From NCBI GenBank assembly GCA_003242705.2, contig QGVF02000008.1, forward strand, positions 7,194-71,193: a DNA stretch of 64,000 nt, written 5' to 3'. Both the position numbers and the translations under genes were made by a program. Below are positions 19,569 to 27,746 of this stretch, one piece after another. The DNA is from Acidobacteriota bacterium (GTDB lineage: Bacteria; Acidobacteriota; Vicinamibacteria; Vicinamibacterales; SCN-69-37). How positions within the stretch are numbered: the stretch's first letter is position 1; every line of letters begins with the position of its first letter. The notes under the pieces were generated by a model. It did no database searches. It worked only from the letters and a program-made list of their open reading frames with translations, and was not told where the DNA came from.

Positions 19569-20408
19569 ATGATCGATCGCCGGACTCTCGCGCTGCTCGT
19601 GACGCTCTGCCTTGGCCAGGTGCTGCTCATCTCGGCCCAGGTGCAGTCGCAGGGCGGCGTACCCCTGCTGCAGGTTGCGGCCTTCGACGCGTTCGCGCGC
19701 GTGCAGCGCGTCACGACCGCCATCACCGATGCGGTCACCGGCGTCTGGTCGGGCTACTTCGGCCTGCGCGGCGTCGCGCGCGAGAACGCGGCACTGCGCC
19801 AGCAGCTGCTCGACATGGCCGTCGAGCTGCAGCAGCAGCGCGCCATCTCGTCGCAGGTCCGTTCGCTCGAGGAACTGCTCGGCCTGAAGGCCGCCGTGCC
19901 GGTCGAGACGGTTGCCGCGCGCGTCATTGCCGGCAACATCACGCCCGGCACGCTCACCGTTGCCATCGACCGCGGCACCGACGACGGCCTGGCGCCCGAC
20001 ATGGCGGTGATTGGCGCGGAGGGCGTGATCGGTCGCGTCATCAACCCGGTCGCGCCGCATGCGGCCACCGTCCAGCTGCTCATCGATGCCAATGCTGCCG
20101 CAGCCATCGTGTTCGAGCGCTCGCAGACGGGCGCGATTGCGGTCGGGGGACAGAGCGACGGCACGCTCCGGGCGGAGTTCGTTCCCGTGCTGGCCGACAT
20201 CGAACCGGGTGAGCTCGTGACGACGTCGGGGCAGGACCGCGTGTTTCCGCCGGGATTTCCGGTCGGGACCGTCGAGTCGATTTCCGGCGCCGGCACGCCG
20301 AACCGCACGATCCGGATCCGGCCGGCGGCCGACTTCTCACACCTGGACGTCGTCCTGGTCGTGCTCACTCCGCCGCCGCCGCTGCCGGCTGCCACGGAGG
20401 CCCGATGA
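19569..20408 (+). CDS. mreC: Rod shape-determining protein MreC
   Basis: Coiled coil, ARVIA, IDRGT..G, GVIGRV, VTTSG..VFPPGFPVG; synteny. Confidence 0.93.
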   Translation: MIDRRTLALLVTLCLGQVLLISAQVQSQGGVPLLQVAAFDAFARVQRVTTAITDAVTGVWSGYFGLRGVARENAALRQQLLDMAVELQQQRAISSQVRSLEELLGLKAAVPVETVAARVIAGNITPGTLTVAIDRGTDDGLAPDMAVIGAEGVIGRVINPVAPHAATVQLLIDANAAAAIVFERSQTGAIAVGGQSDGTLRAEFVPVLADIEPGELVTTSGQDRVFPPGFPVGTVESISGAGTPNRTIRIRPAADFSHLDVVLVVLTPPPPLPAATEAR

Positions 20409-20926
20409 AGTTCACGTCGGTGCTCGTCACCGTCGTCGTGGGCGTGCTGCTCCAGGTGGCGCTGGCGCGGTTCACGGTCGGCGGCACCTGGGTCTTCGAT
20501 CTGGTGCTCGTGGCCGTGGTCTTCGCCGGCCTGCAGTGGGGGCCGACCGCCGGCATGATCGGCGGCACGCTGGGGGGCCTGCTGCAGGACCTGCTCTCGG
20601 GCACGATTGCGGGCGTCAGCGGGCTGGCCAAGACGCTGGTCGGCTTCGTGGCCGGCCTGATCGGGACGCAGTTCGTCCTCACGCGCGCGCACGGCCGGTC
20701 GATAATCGTGGCAGGGTGCAGCATCGTCCACCGCGTGCTGATGCTCGCGCTGACGGGGCTGATCGAACAGCATTGGCCCGGCACGACATGGGGCGCTATG
20801 CTGGCCGAAACCATAGTGAACACAGCGGCAGGGTTCGTCCTTTTCCAGCTGGTGGCGACCGTGCCCGGGCTCGTCGCCAGGCAGCGGCTCGGTCGGCGGG
20901 CGGGCTTCGGCCGACGGCAGTGGTAG
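20405..20926 (+). CDS. mreD: Rod shape-determining protein MreD
   Basis: Hydrophobic, DLVLVAVV, GLLQDLLS; position in operon; ATGA overlap. Confidence 0.9.
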   Translation: MKFTSVLVTVVVGVLLQVALARFTVGGTWVFDLVLVAVVFAGLQWGPTAGMIGGTLGGLLQDLLSGTIAGVSGLAKTLVGFVAGLIGTQFVLTRAHGRSIIVAGCSIVHRVLMLALTGLIEQHWPGTTWGAMLAETIVNTAAGFVLFQLVATVPGLVARQRLGRRAGFGRRQW

Positions 20927-20930
20927 TCGC

Positions 20931-22925
20931 GTGATGCTGAACTTCGACATGCCGGAGCGGCGCCGGGTCAACGAGACCCGCCTGCTCGGCCTCCGGGTCT
21001 TCTTCATTGTCTGCTTCGCCGTCATGGCGCTGTTCTTCTGGCGCCTGCAGGTCGTGCAGCACGCGAAGTACCGCGAGATGGCGGCCAACAACCATCTCAA
21101 GACCGTTCCGCTGCGGGCGCCGCGCGGCGTTGTCTTCGACCGCAACGGACGGGTCCTCGTCGAGAACCGCTACTCGTTCACGATCGCGATCGTGCGCGAG
21201 CAGCTGCACGACATCGAGCAGACGGTCGCCCGCCTGGCGGCGGTGACCGACACCGATCCGGCGGCCATCCGCAGCGCCATCGAGCGCCGCCTCCGCGAGC
21301 CGCCGTTCCGGCCGCTGCCGGTCATCGAGCACGCGACGTTCGCGCAGGTCGCGGCCGTCACCGCCCGGCGCCACGAGATGCCGGAGGTGATCGTCCAGCA
21401 GGTGCCGATTCGGACCTATCCGGAGAAGTCGCTCGCCGCGCACGCGTTCGGCTACGTCGGCGAGGTCCAGGAATCGCAGCTGTCGTCGACCGAATTCTCG
21501 AAGCTGCCGCTGCAGCCGGGCGCCATCATCGGACAGACGGGCCTCGAGCGGCGCTACAACGCGGCGCTGATGGGGACCGATGGCAACCGGTTCGTGGTCG
21601 TCAACAGCGTGGGGCGCGAGCTCGAGGTCATGCGGGTCGAGCACCCGATCGACGGGGCGCGCATGCAGCTGACGATCGACTACGACGTGCAGCGCGCGCT
21701 CGAGGAGGCGTTCGAGGCCGCCGGTGTGGCCGGCGCCGCGGCCATCCTCGATCCGTCGAACGGCGAGCTGATTGCCGCCGCGAGCCTGCCGGCCTACGAC
21801 CCGAACCTCTTCGCGGTGGGGATCAACGCCGACGAGTGGGCCCGGCTCGTCAACGACCCGCTGCGGCCGATGACGAACCGGCTCATCCAGGGGACCTATC
21901 CTCCCGGTTCGACCTACAAGGTGCTGATGGCGGTTGCCGGCCTCGAGGAGGGCGTCATCACTCCCGAGACGACGTTCCACTGCCCGGGCTACGGGACGTT
22001 CTACGGGCGCTCGTTCCGGTGCAACCGCGTGCACGGGACGGTCGACGTCCGGCGCGCGCTCGAGCAGTCGTGCAACGTCTTCTTCTACAACGTCGGCGAT
22101 CGCCTCGACATCGATACCATCCACAAGTACAGCGCGATGCTCGGGCTGGTGGGCCGGACCGGCATCGACCTGCCGGGCGAAGGCGAGAGCTTCGTGGCGT
22201 CGCGGGAGTGGAAGCAGCGGACGCAGAACCAGCCCTGGTATCCGGGTGAGACGATTTCGGTCTCGATCGGGCAGGGCGCCGTGGCGGTCACGCCCATCGC
22301 GCTGGCGACGATGATCGCGTCGGTGGCCAATGGCGGACGGCTCGTGACGCCGCACCTGGCGCGCGCGTTCGATGCCGGCGACGGGCGCGGCTGGCAGCCG
22401 GTGGCGAAGCCGCCGGTCCGGTCCGAGATTCACATCGCGCCCGAGAACATGCAGGCGATTCGCGACGGGCTGTTCTTTGCCGTCAACCGCGCCGGCACGG
22501 CCGGCCGCGCGCGGGTCGAAGGACACGACGTCGCGGGCAAGACGGGGACGGCACAGGCCAACATCTCGCTGCAGAACCGGGCACTGGCGGCCGCGCGCGG
22601 ACTCGACGTCCGCGATCACGGATGGTTCGTTTTCTTCGCGCCGCGCGACAACCCGCAGATTGCCGGCGTCGTCTTCGCCGAGCACGGTACGTCGGGCGGC
22701 ACCGCGGCACAGATCGCCCGTCACGCGATCGACACCTTCTTTGCCAAGCGCGAGGGCCGGCCGCTGCCTGTGCTCGGCGGTCAGTCCAGGCCTGCCGCGC
22801 CTGCGCCGGCTGCGCCCCCGCCGGCAGCGCCTGCCGACGATGAACCGTCGCCGCCGCCGGCCGGGCCGGCCGACGACGATCAGACACCGCGGACGATCGC
22901 CCGCGTGGAAGGACCGCGTCCGTGA
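20931..22925 (+). CDS. mrdA: Penicillin-binding protein 2
   Basis: APRGVVFDRNG, SxxK (STYK), SxN (SCN), KTGTAQ; Pro/Ala-rich C-tail. Confidence 0.95.
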   Translation: MMLNFDMPERRRVNETRLLGLRVFFIVCFAVMALFFWRLQVVQHAKYREMAANNHLKTVPLRAPRGVVFDRNGRVLVENRYSFTIAIVREQLHDIEQTVARLAAVTDTDPAAIRSAIERRLREPPFRPLPVIEHATFAQVAAVTARRHEMPEVIVQQVPIRTYPEKSLAAHAFGYVGEVQESQLSSTEFSKLPLQPGAIIGQTGLERRYNAALMGTDGNRFVVVNSVGRELEVMRVEHPIDGARMQLTIDYDVQRALEEAFEAAGVAGAAAILDPSNGELIAAASLPAYDPNLFAVGINADEWARLVNDPLRPMTNRLIQGTYPPGSTYKVLMAVAGLEEGVITPETTFHCPGYGTFYGRSFRCNRVHGTVDVRRALEQSCNVFFYNVGDRLDIDTIHKYSAMLGLVGRTGIDLPGEGESFVASREWKQRTQNQPWYPGETISVSIGQGAVAVTPIALATMIASVANGGRLVTPHLARAFDAGDGRGWQPVAKPPVRSEIHIAPENMQAIRDGLFFAVNRAGTAGRARVEGHDVAGKTGTAQANISLQNRALAAARGLDVRDHGWFVFFAPRDNPQIAGVVFAEHGTSGGTAAQIARHAIDTFFAKREGRPLPVLGGQSRPAAPAPAAPPPAAPADDEPSPPPAGPADDDQTPRTIARVEGPRP

Positions 22926-24025
22926 TCGTCGATCGCCGCCTGCTGCCGCACCTCGACTGGACGCTGCTCGCCGCGGTCCTCGCGCTGACGCTGCTCGGAC
23001 TGAGCACGATCTACAGCGTCACCTGGGACATCCGCGCCGATCAGCCCGGTGCGGTCTTCTGGAACCAGGTCTACGCGCTGCCCGTGGCGTTCGTCGCGCT
23101 GCTCGTCTGTCTCGTCATCGACTACCGTACGCTCGCGCAGCGGTCGCTGCTGATTTACGGCGGTCTCATCCTGCTGCTGATCGCCGTGATGTTCTTCGGC
23201 GTCGTACGCGGCGGGTCGCGGCGGTGGATTCCGATTGGCGGCTTCTCACTGCAGCCGTCGGAGTTCGCGCGCATGGTCATTGCGCTCGTGCTCGCGGCCT
23301 ACTTTGCCGACGGGCGGCGTTCGGCGCGGTCGCTCGGCGAGCTGGCCGGTGCCATCGCCATCGTGTCGGTGCCGTTTCTCCTGATCGCGCGGCAGCCTGA
23401 CCTCGGGACGGCGGTCACCCTGCTGCCGGTACTGCTCGGCGTGACGTACCTGGCCGGGCTGCGGCTCAAGTGGATCGGGATCGCGGCGGTGGTGTTCGTG
23501 CTGGCCTCGCCGGTGATCTGGGCATACGGGCTGCAGGATTACCAGAAGGAGCGCATCGCGACGTTCATCGATCCGGAGAAGGATCCGCGCGGCGCCGGCT
23601 ACCAGCAGATTCAGGCGAAGATTACCGTCGGTTCCGGCGGGTTCTACGGGAAGGGCTTCAGGCAGGGCACCCAGGGCGTGTATCAGTTCCTGCCTGTCGC
23701 TCACAACGACTTCGTTTTCTCGGTGTTTGCCGAAGAGCACGGGTTTCTCGGCGTGCTCGTGGCGCTCGGGCTCTACCTGTTCGTGCTGGCGAGGAGCCTC
23801 GATGCGGCGCGGCTGGCCCGCGATCGCCTCGGGGCATTCCTGGTCGTGGGCATCGTTTCGGGCTTCGGATTCCAAGTGTTGTACAACATCACGATGTCGG
23901 CGGGGCTGGCTCCGGTGAAGGGGCTGACTCTGCCGCTGATGAGTTATGGCGGGTCGTCGCTGGTGTCGACGTTCGCCGGGTTCGGCCTCATCCTGAACGT
24001 GAGGATGCGGCGCTTCACCAATTAG
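22922..24025 (+). CDS. rodA: Rod shape-determining SEDS protein RodA
   Basis: RRWI, QPSEF, QPDLGT, GYQ..Q, PVAHNDFVF, LPLMSYGGSS. Confidence 0.95.
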   Translation: MIVDRRLLPHLDWTLLAAVLALTLLGLSTIYSVTWDIRADQPGAVFWNQVYALPVAFVALLVCLVIDYRTLAQRSLLIYGGLILLLIAVMFFGVVRGGSRRWIPIGGFSLQPSEFARMVIALVLAAYFADGRRSARSLGELAGAIAIVSVPFLLIARQPDLGTAVTLLPVLLGVTYLAGLRLKWIGIAAVVFVLASPVIWAYGLQDYQKERIATFIDPEKDPRGAGYQQIQAKITVGSGGFYGKGFRQGTQGVYQFLPVAHNDFVFSVFAEEHGFLGVLVALGLYLFVLARSLDAARLARDRLGAFLVVGIVSGFGFQVLYNITMSAGLAPVKGLTLPLMSYGGSSLVSTFAGFGLILNVRMRRFTN

Positions 24026-24200
24026 ACGGCCGGTCGGCCGTTGCTTCACCCGGATGGCGATGCGATGGTGTGGGCAGTCGAACGCATGACGATCGGAATC
24101 CTCACCTGGCTGTGTGCGATTGCGCGGGGCCTCGTGGCGGAACCGGTGTGCCTGCGTCCGGACGGCCTCCACCGGCGCGCCGTCCACTGGAGTCATCCGC

Positions 24201-25907
24201 ATGACCAAGGAGATGATCATCTCCTCGACGGTCCACGAGACGCGGGTTGCGATTCTCGAGGACGACCAGGTCGTCGAAGTCTTCATCGAGCGGGAGCAGG
24301 CGCGCGGCGTCGTCGGCAACGTCTACAAGGGGCGCGTCTCCAAGGTGCTCCCCGGTATGCAGTCGGCGTTCGTTGATATCGGCCTCGAACGCGACGCATT
24401 CCTCTACGTCACCGACGTCATCAGTCCCAGCGAAGACGCCCTCGAGGCGGACGACGAGGAGACGGCATCGGCGGCGGCCGCAGATGACGGCAGCCCTGTC
24501 GCCCTGTCCGTCCTGAGCGACGGGACGATCGAGGCCGAAACCGCGCACGACGGGCCGGCAACCCCCGATGAGATGCCGGGCGGATCCGACGAAGCCGCCG
24601 ACGCGGCTCCTGGCGCACCTTCTGATCAGGACGACGCGACGCGGGCGCAGACGCGCGAGCGGCGGGGGCGCGATCGCACGCCGCCCACCGCGCGCATCGA
24701 GGATCTGCTCAAGGAAGGGCAGGAGGTCGTCGTCCAGGTCGTCAAGGAGCCGCTCGGGACGAAGGGCGCCCGGATCACGTCGCACATCAGCCTGCCGGGC
24801 CGGTTCCTGGTCTACATGCCGACGGTCGATCACGTCGGCATCTCGCGCAAGATCGAGGCGCGCGACGAACGGCGCCGCCTGCGGGCCATCGTGCAGAAGT
24901 TCCGCGAGCAGGCGGGCCTGCCCGGCGGCATCATCATCCGCACGGCCGCGGCCAACAGGCCCGAAGAGGACATCGTGGCCGACCTCACGTACTTCCAGCA
25001 GGTCTGGAGCGACGTCCAGCGACGGCGTGAGACCGAGCGGACACCTGCCGTCCTCTTCCGCGAAGAGAGCCTCGTCACCAAGCTGCTGCGCGATCTGCTC
25101 ACCGAGCAGTTCCAGACGATCCGCATCGACAACCCGACCGAATACGAGCGGGTCGTGAGCTTCGTACAGCGGGTTATGCCGTCGATGGTCGGGCGCGTGA
25201 AGCTCTACACGAAGGAGTACCCGATCTTCGAGGAGTACGGCGTCCAGAACGAGATCGACAAGGCGCTCCGAAGCAAGGTCTGGCTGAAATCGGGCGGCTA
25301 CATCGTCATCAACCAGACCGAGGCGCTCGTGGCGATCGACGTTAATACGGGCCGCTATGTCGGCAAGAAGTCGTCCGGCCGGCTCGAGGACACCATCGTC
25401 AAGACGAACCTCGAGGCGGCGCGCGAGATCGTGCGCCAGATCCGTCTGCGCGATCTGGGCGGGATCATCGTGCTCGACTTCATCGACATGGAGGAGAAGA
25501 AGAACCGCCAGAAGGTGGCGCAGGCCATCGAGCAGGAGCTGCGGCGTGACCGGGCGCCGTCGAAGGCGGTCCAGGTCTCCGACTTCGGGCTGATCATCAT
25601 CACGCGCAAGCGCGTCAAGAGCAGCCTGGAGCGGCAGTTGACCGAGCCGTGTCCGTACTGCTCGGGCACCGGCACGATCAAGGCGAGCGCGACCATCTGC
25701 TACGACATCCTGACCGAGGTAAAGAAGGTCCGCCACGAGCTGGGCGGCTACAGCCTCGTCCTGCGGGTCAACCCGGAGATTGCCCGCGCCCTGCGCGAGG
25801 AGAACCGGAGCGTGCTGAAGGAGCTCGAGGCGACCGTCGGACGGCCCGTCACCGTGCGGGCTGACGAGCAGCTGCACCACGAGCAGTTCGACCTGATGGC
25901 CATCTGA
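24201..25907 (+). CDS. rng: Rne/Rng-family ribonuclease (RNase G-like)
   Basis: GNVYKGRV..VLPGMQSAFVDIG, VQVVKEPLGTKGA, IDVNTG, RLRDLGGIIVLDFIDM, CPYCSGTG; start moved to ATG 24201. Confidence 0.93.
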   Translation: MTKEMIISSTVHETRVAILEDDQVVEVFIEREQARGVVGNVYKGRVSKVLPGMQSAFVDIGLERDAFLYVTDVISPSEDALEADDEETASAAAADDGSPVALSVLSDGTIEAETAHDGPATPDEMPGGSDEAADAAPGAPSDQDDATRAQTRERRGRDRTPPTARIEDLLKEGQEVVVQVVKEPLGTKGARITSHISLPGRFLVYMPTVDHVGISRKIEARDERRRLRAIVQKFREQAGLPGGIIIRTAAANRPEEDIVADLTYFQQVWSDVQRRRETERTPAVLFREESLVTKLLRDLLTEQFQTIRIDNPTEYERVVSFVQRVMPSMVGRVKLYTKEYPIFEEYGVQNEIDKALRSKVWLKSGGYIVINQTEALVAIDVNTGRYVGKKSSGRLEDTIVKTNLEAAREIVRQIRLRDLGGIIVLDFIDMEEKKNRQKVAQAIEQELRRDRAPSKAVQVSDFGLIIITRKRVKSSLERQLTEPCPYCSGTGTIKASATICYDILTEVKKVRHELGGYSLVLRVNPEIARALREENRSVLKELEATVGRPVTVRADEQLHHEQFDLMAI

Positions 25908-25973
25908 GCCGATTCGCCCGTCGATGGCCAGTTGCGCTATTCTCAGAATGTCCCTCGGGTGCGCTCCGACCCG

Positions 25974-26001
25974 TTACAGGGAGTGAACGCCTTACAGGGA
26001 G
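25974..26001 (+). repeat. Direct repeat TTACAGGGAG x2 (18-nt period); second copy contains the SD
   Basis: Copies at 25974-25983 and 25992-26001. Confidence 0.8.
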
Positions 26002-26005
26002 GTCA

Positions 26006-26449
26006 GTGATGAGAGCGATTCTGAGATGTGGCCGCCGGGCGGCCTGGGTGCTGGTGGCGGTGATGATTCTCGGGGCCCCGCTCGCGCTGCAGGCTCAGGA
26101 CCAGACGCTGGCGTCGAATGTTCAGATTCCCAGGGGTGTCCTGGCGAACGGCCAGCCGTTGCCGGCCGGCACCTACACGATCCGTCTGTCGGCCGAGCCG
26201 GTGACGCCGGTCGTGGGGCAGAGCGAGGACTCGGCCCGCTGGGTCGAGTTCGTCCAGAACGGCCAGGTGCGCGGGAAGGAACTGGCGACGGTCGTCGCCC
26301 CCGCCGATGTCAAGGTCGTGGCGAAGCGGACGCCGCCGGCTCAGGGCCGAGGTCTGGTCCAGATGCTGCGTGGCGACGAGTACGTCCGCATCTGGGTGAA
26401 CCACGAGGGGACCCAGTACCTGATCCACCTCGCCCGGGCCGCTTCCTGA
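26006..26449 (+). CDS. Secreted hypothetical protein (beta-rich, LPAGTY motif)
   Basis: Signal peptide ending ALQA-Q; strong GGGAGG SD; coding-like third positions. Confidence 0.75.
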   Translation: MMRAILRCGRRAAWVLVAVMILGAPLALQAQDQTLASNVQIPRGVLANGQPLPAGTYTIRLSAEPVTPVVGQSEDSARWVEFVQNGQVRGKELATVVAPADVKVVAKRTPPAQGRGLVQMLRGDEYVRIWVNHEGTQYLIHLARAAS

Positions 26450-26485
26450 CAAATCACATCCGGCACGCGCTGATGTCCTCCCGCG

Positions 26486-26745
26486 TCAGCGCGTGTCGAC
26501 CTCGATATTCCGCTGAGGGTCGTGGTCACGATGAGGGCCCGGCCGTCTCCTGCGACCGTTCGTATTGCACCGCGCCTCCCCGCCGGGGGGCACGCCGGAC
26601 TCAGTCCGGACCCTGCCGCTGACCGCCGACGCCCGCAGTTCGTAGCCGGCGCCGGCCGGCACCGCCAGCCGCACGTTGCCCGCGTGCGACGTGAGCTCTT
26701 ACCGTCCGGGGCGATGGGGCCCTGATACTGATATTCGAAACGTCG
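26486..26745 (-). pseudogene. Frameshifted C-terminal remnant of a DUF4097-like (beta-strand repeat/adhesin) gene
   Basis: Joining frames gives YQGPIAPDG / ELTSHAGNVRLAVPAGAGYELRASAVSGRVRTESGVPPG / RGAIRTVAGDGRALIVTTTLSG / NIEVDTR*; no start codon or N-terminal part. Confidence 0.55.
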
Positions 26746-26805
26746 CCCGACGTGCGTCGCCTGCCGACCAGCCGTCGGGCAAGCCGGGTGACCAGGCTGC
26801 CGGGC

Positions 26806-27165
26806 TCAGACGGGGCGCCTGCGTGTGGCGTTGCCTTGCGACGCGGACCACCGGAGGCGGGCGAAGTCGACGACGCGCCCGCGCCGAACCGTCACGCCTT
26901 CGGCCGCGAGCAGGGCGGCCTTGAAGGCGACGCCGGATCCGTAGCCGCCGATTGCGCCGCCGGCGCCGATCACGCGGTGATAGGGGAGTCCCGGAATGGC
27001 CCCCTCGGCCATCAGGCGTCCGACGGCGCGCGCGGCGCCGGGACGGCCCGCAAGCCGTGCGACGTCGCCGTACGTGCAGACGCGGCCTCGCGGAATCTGT
27101 CGGACGATTCTGTGGACGGCGTCGCGGAAGGTGCCGTCGGCGGCTCGACGCCTGGCGACCGTCAT
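26806..27165 (-). CDS. Alkyltransferase-like (Atl/YbaZ, MGMT family) DNA-binding protein
   Basis: IPRGRVCTYGDVARLAG..AARAVG; PYHRV instead of catalytic PCHRV; LAAEGV; start moved to 27165. Confidence 0.85.
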   Translation of the reverse strand: MTVARRRAADGTFRDAVHRIVRQIPRGRVCTYGDVARLAGRPGAARAVGRLMAEGAIPGLPYHRVIGAGGAIGGYGSGVAFKAALLAAEGVTVRRGRVVDFARLRWSASQGNATRRRPV

Positions 27166-27275
27166 TGACGAGTGAACCTCGATGGGCCGTGCCGGACGGC
27201 CGGACTGTCCCGTTCGTGGAAACCGACGTTGCGGTGCCCCGACACCGCCATCGCCCCGCCCATGCCCGGCGCGTG

Positions 27276-27722
27276 TCAGCGGCGCCGGATCAGGAAGCAG
27301 AGCGCCGCGAGCAGGACGTTGTGGACTGCACAGCCGACTGTGTACCAGCGCGGTGCGAGGTCGGCGGCCAGCCAGCCCGGCCGATGCGCGATGTCGAGCA
27401 GGGCGTGCGCGAGCAGCGCGGTGCAGGCGACCAGCAGGCCCTCGCGCGGATCGCGCTGCATGACGAAGCCGGCGATGCCCACGAAGATCGCGCCGAGCGC
27501 AATGTCGAGATGCGCCAGCGGCGCTGCCGTTGCGACGGCCAGACCGATCGGGACTGCGCCGACGGCGGCCAGCAGCACGCCCGCCCACTGCATCAGGCGC
27601 AGCTCGCCGATGAGCCGCTCCGCTTCGTCGATTTCGAGACGGACAAGCCGCCAGGCGAGCATCGCCACGACCGCGGCCGAGAGCACCGCCGCCGTCAACA
27701 GGACGCGGGCCGTATCGTTCAC
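27276..27722 (-). CDS. Hypothetical multi-pass membrane protein
   Basis: About five hydrophobic segments; start moved to GTG 27722, 6 nt after TATAGT. Confidence 0.65.
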   Translation of the reverse strand: MNDTARVLLTAAVLSAAVVAMLAWRLVRLEIDEAERLIGELRLMQWAGVLLAAVGAVPIGLAVATAAPLAHLDIALGAIFVGIAGFVMQRDPREGLLVACTALLAHALLDIAHRPGWLAADLAPRWYTVGCAVHNVLLAALCFLIRRR

Positions 27723-27746
27723 TGCGCCACTATATACTTGGCCCCG

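Noticed and set aside
26450-26805. Structured ncRNA (RNase P, tmRNA, 6S, SRP) in the 350-nt gap
   Set aside because: No signature motifs recognised; better explained as a decayed protein-coding fragment.
27166-27275. Purine riboswitch near the nucleoside salvage genes (GTTTCCACG on the minus strand)
   Set aside because: Lacks the remaining aptamer consensus and three-stem architecture, and it precedes the Atl gene rather than the salvage operon.
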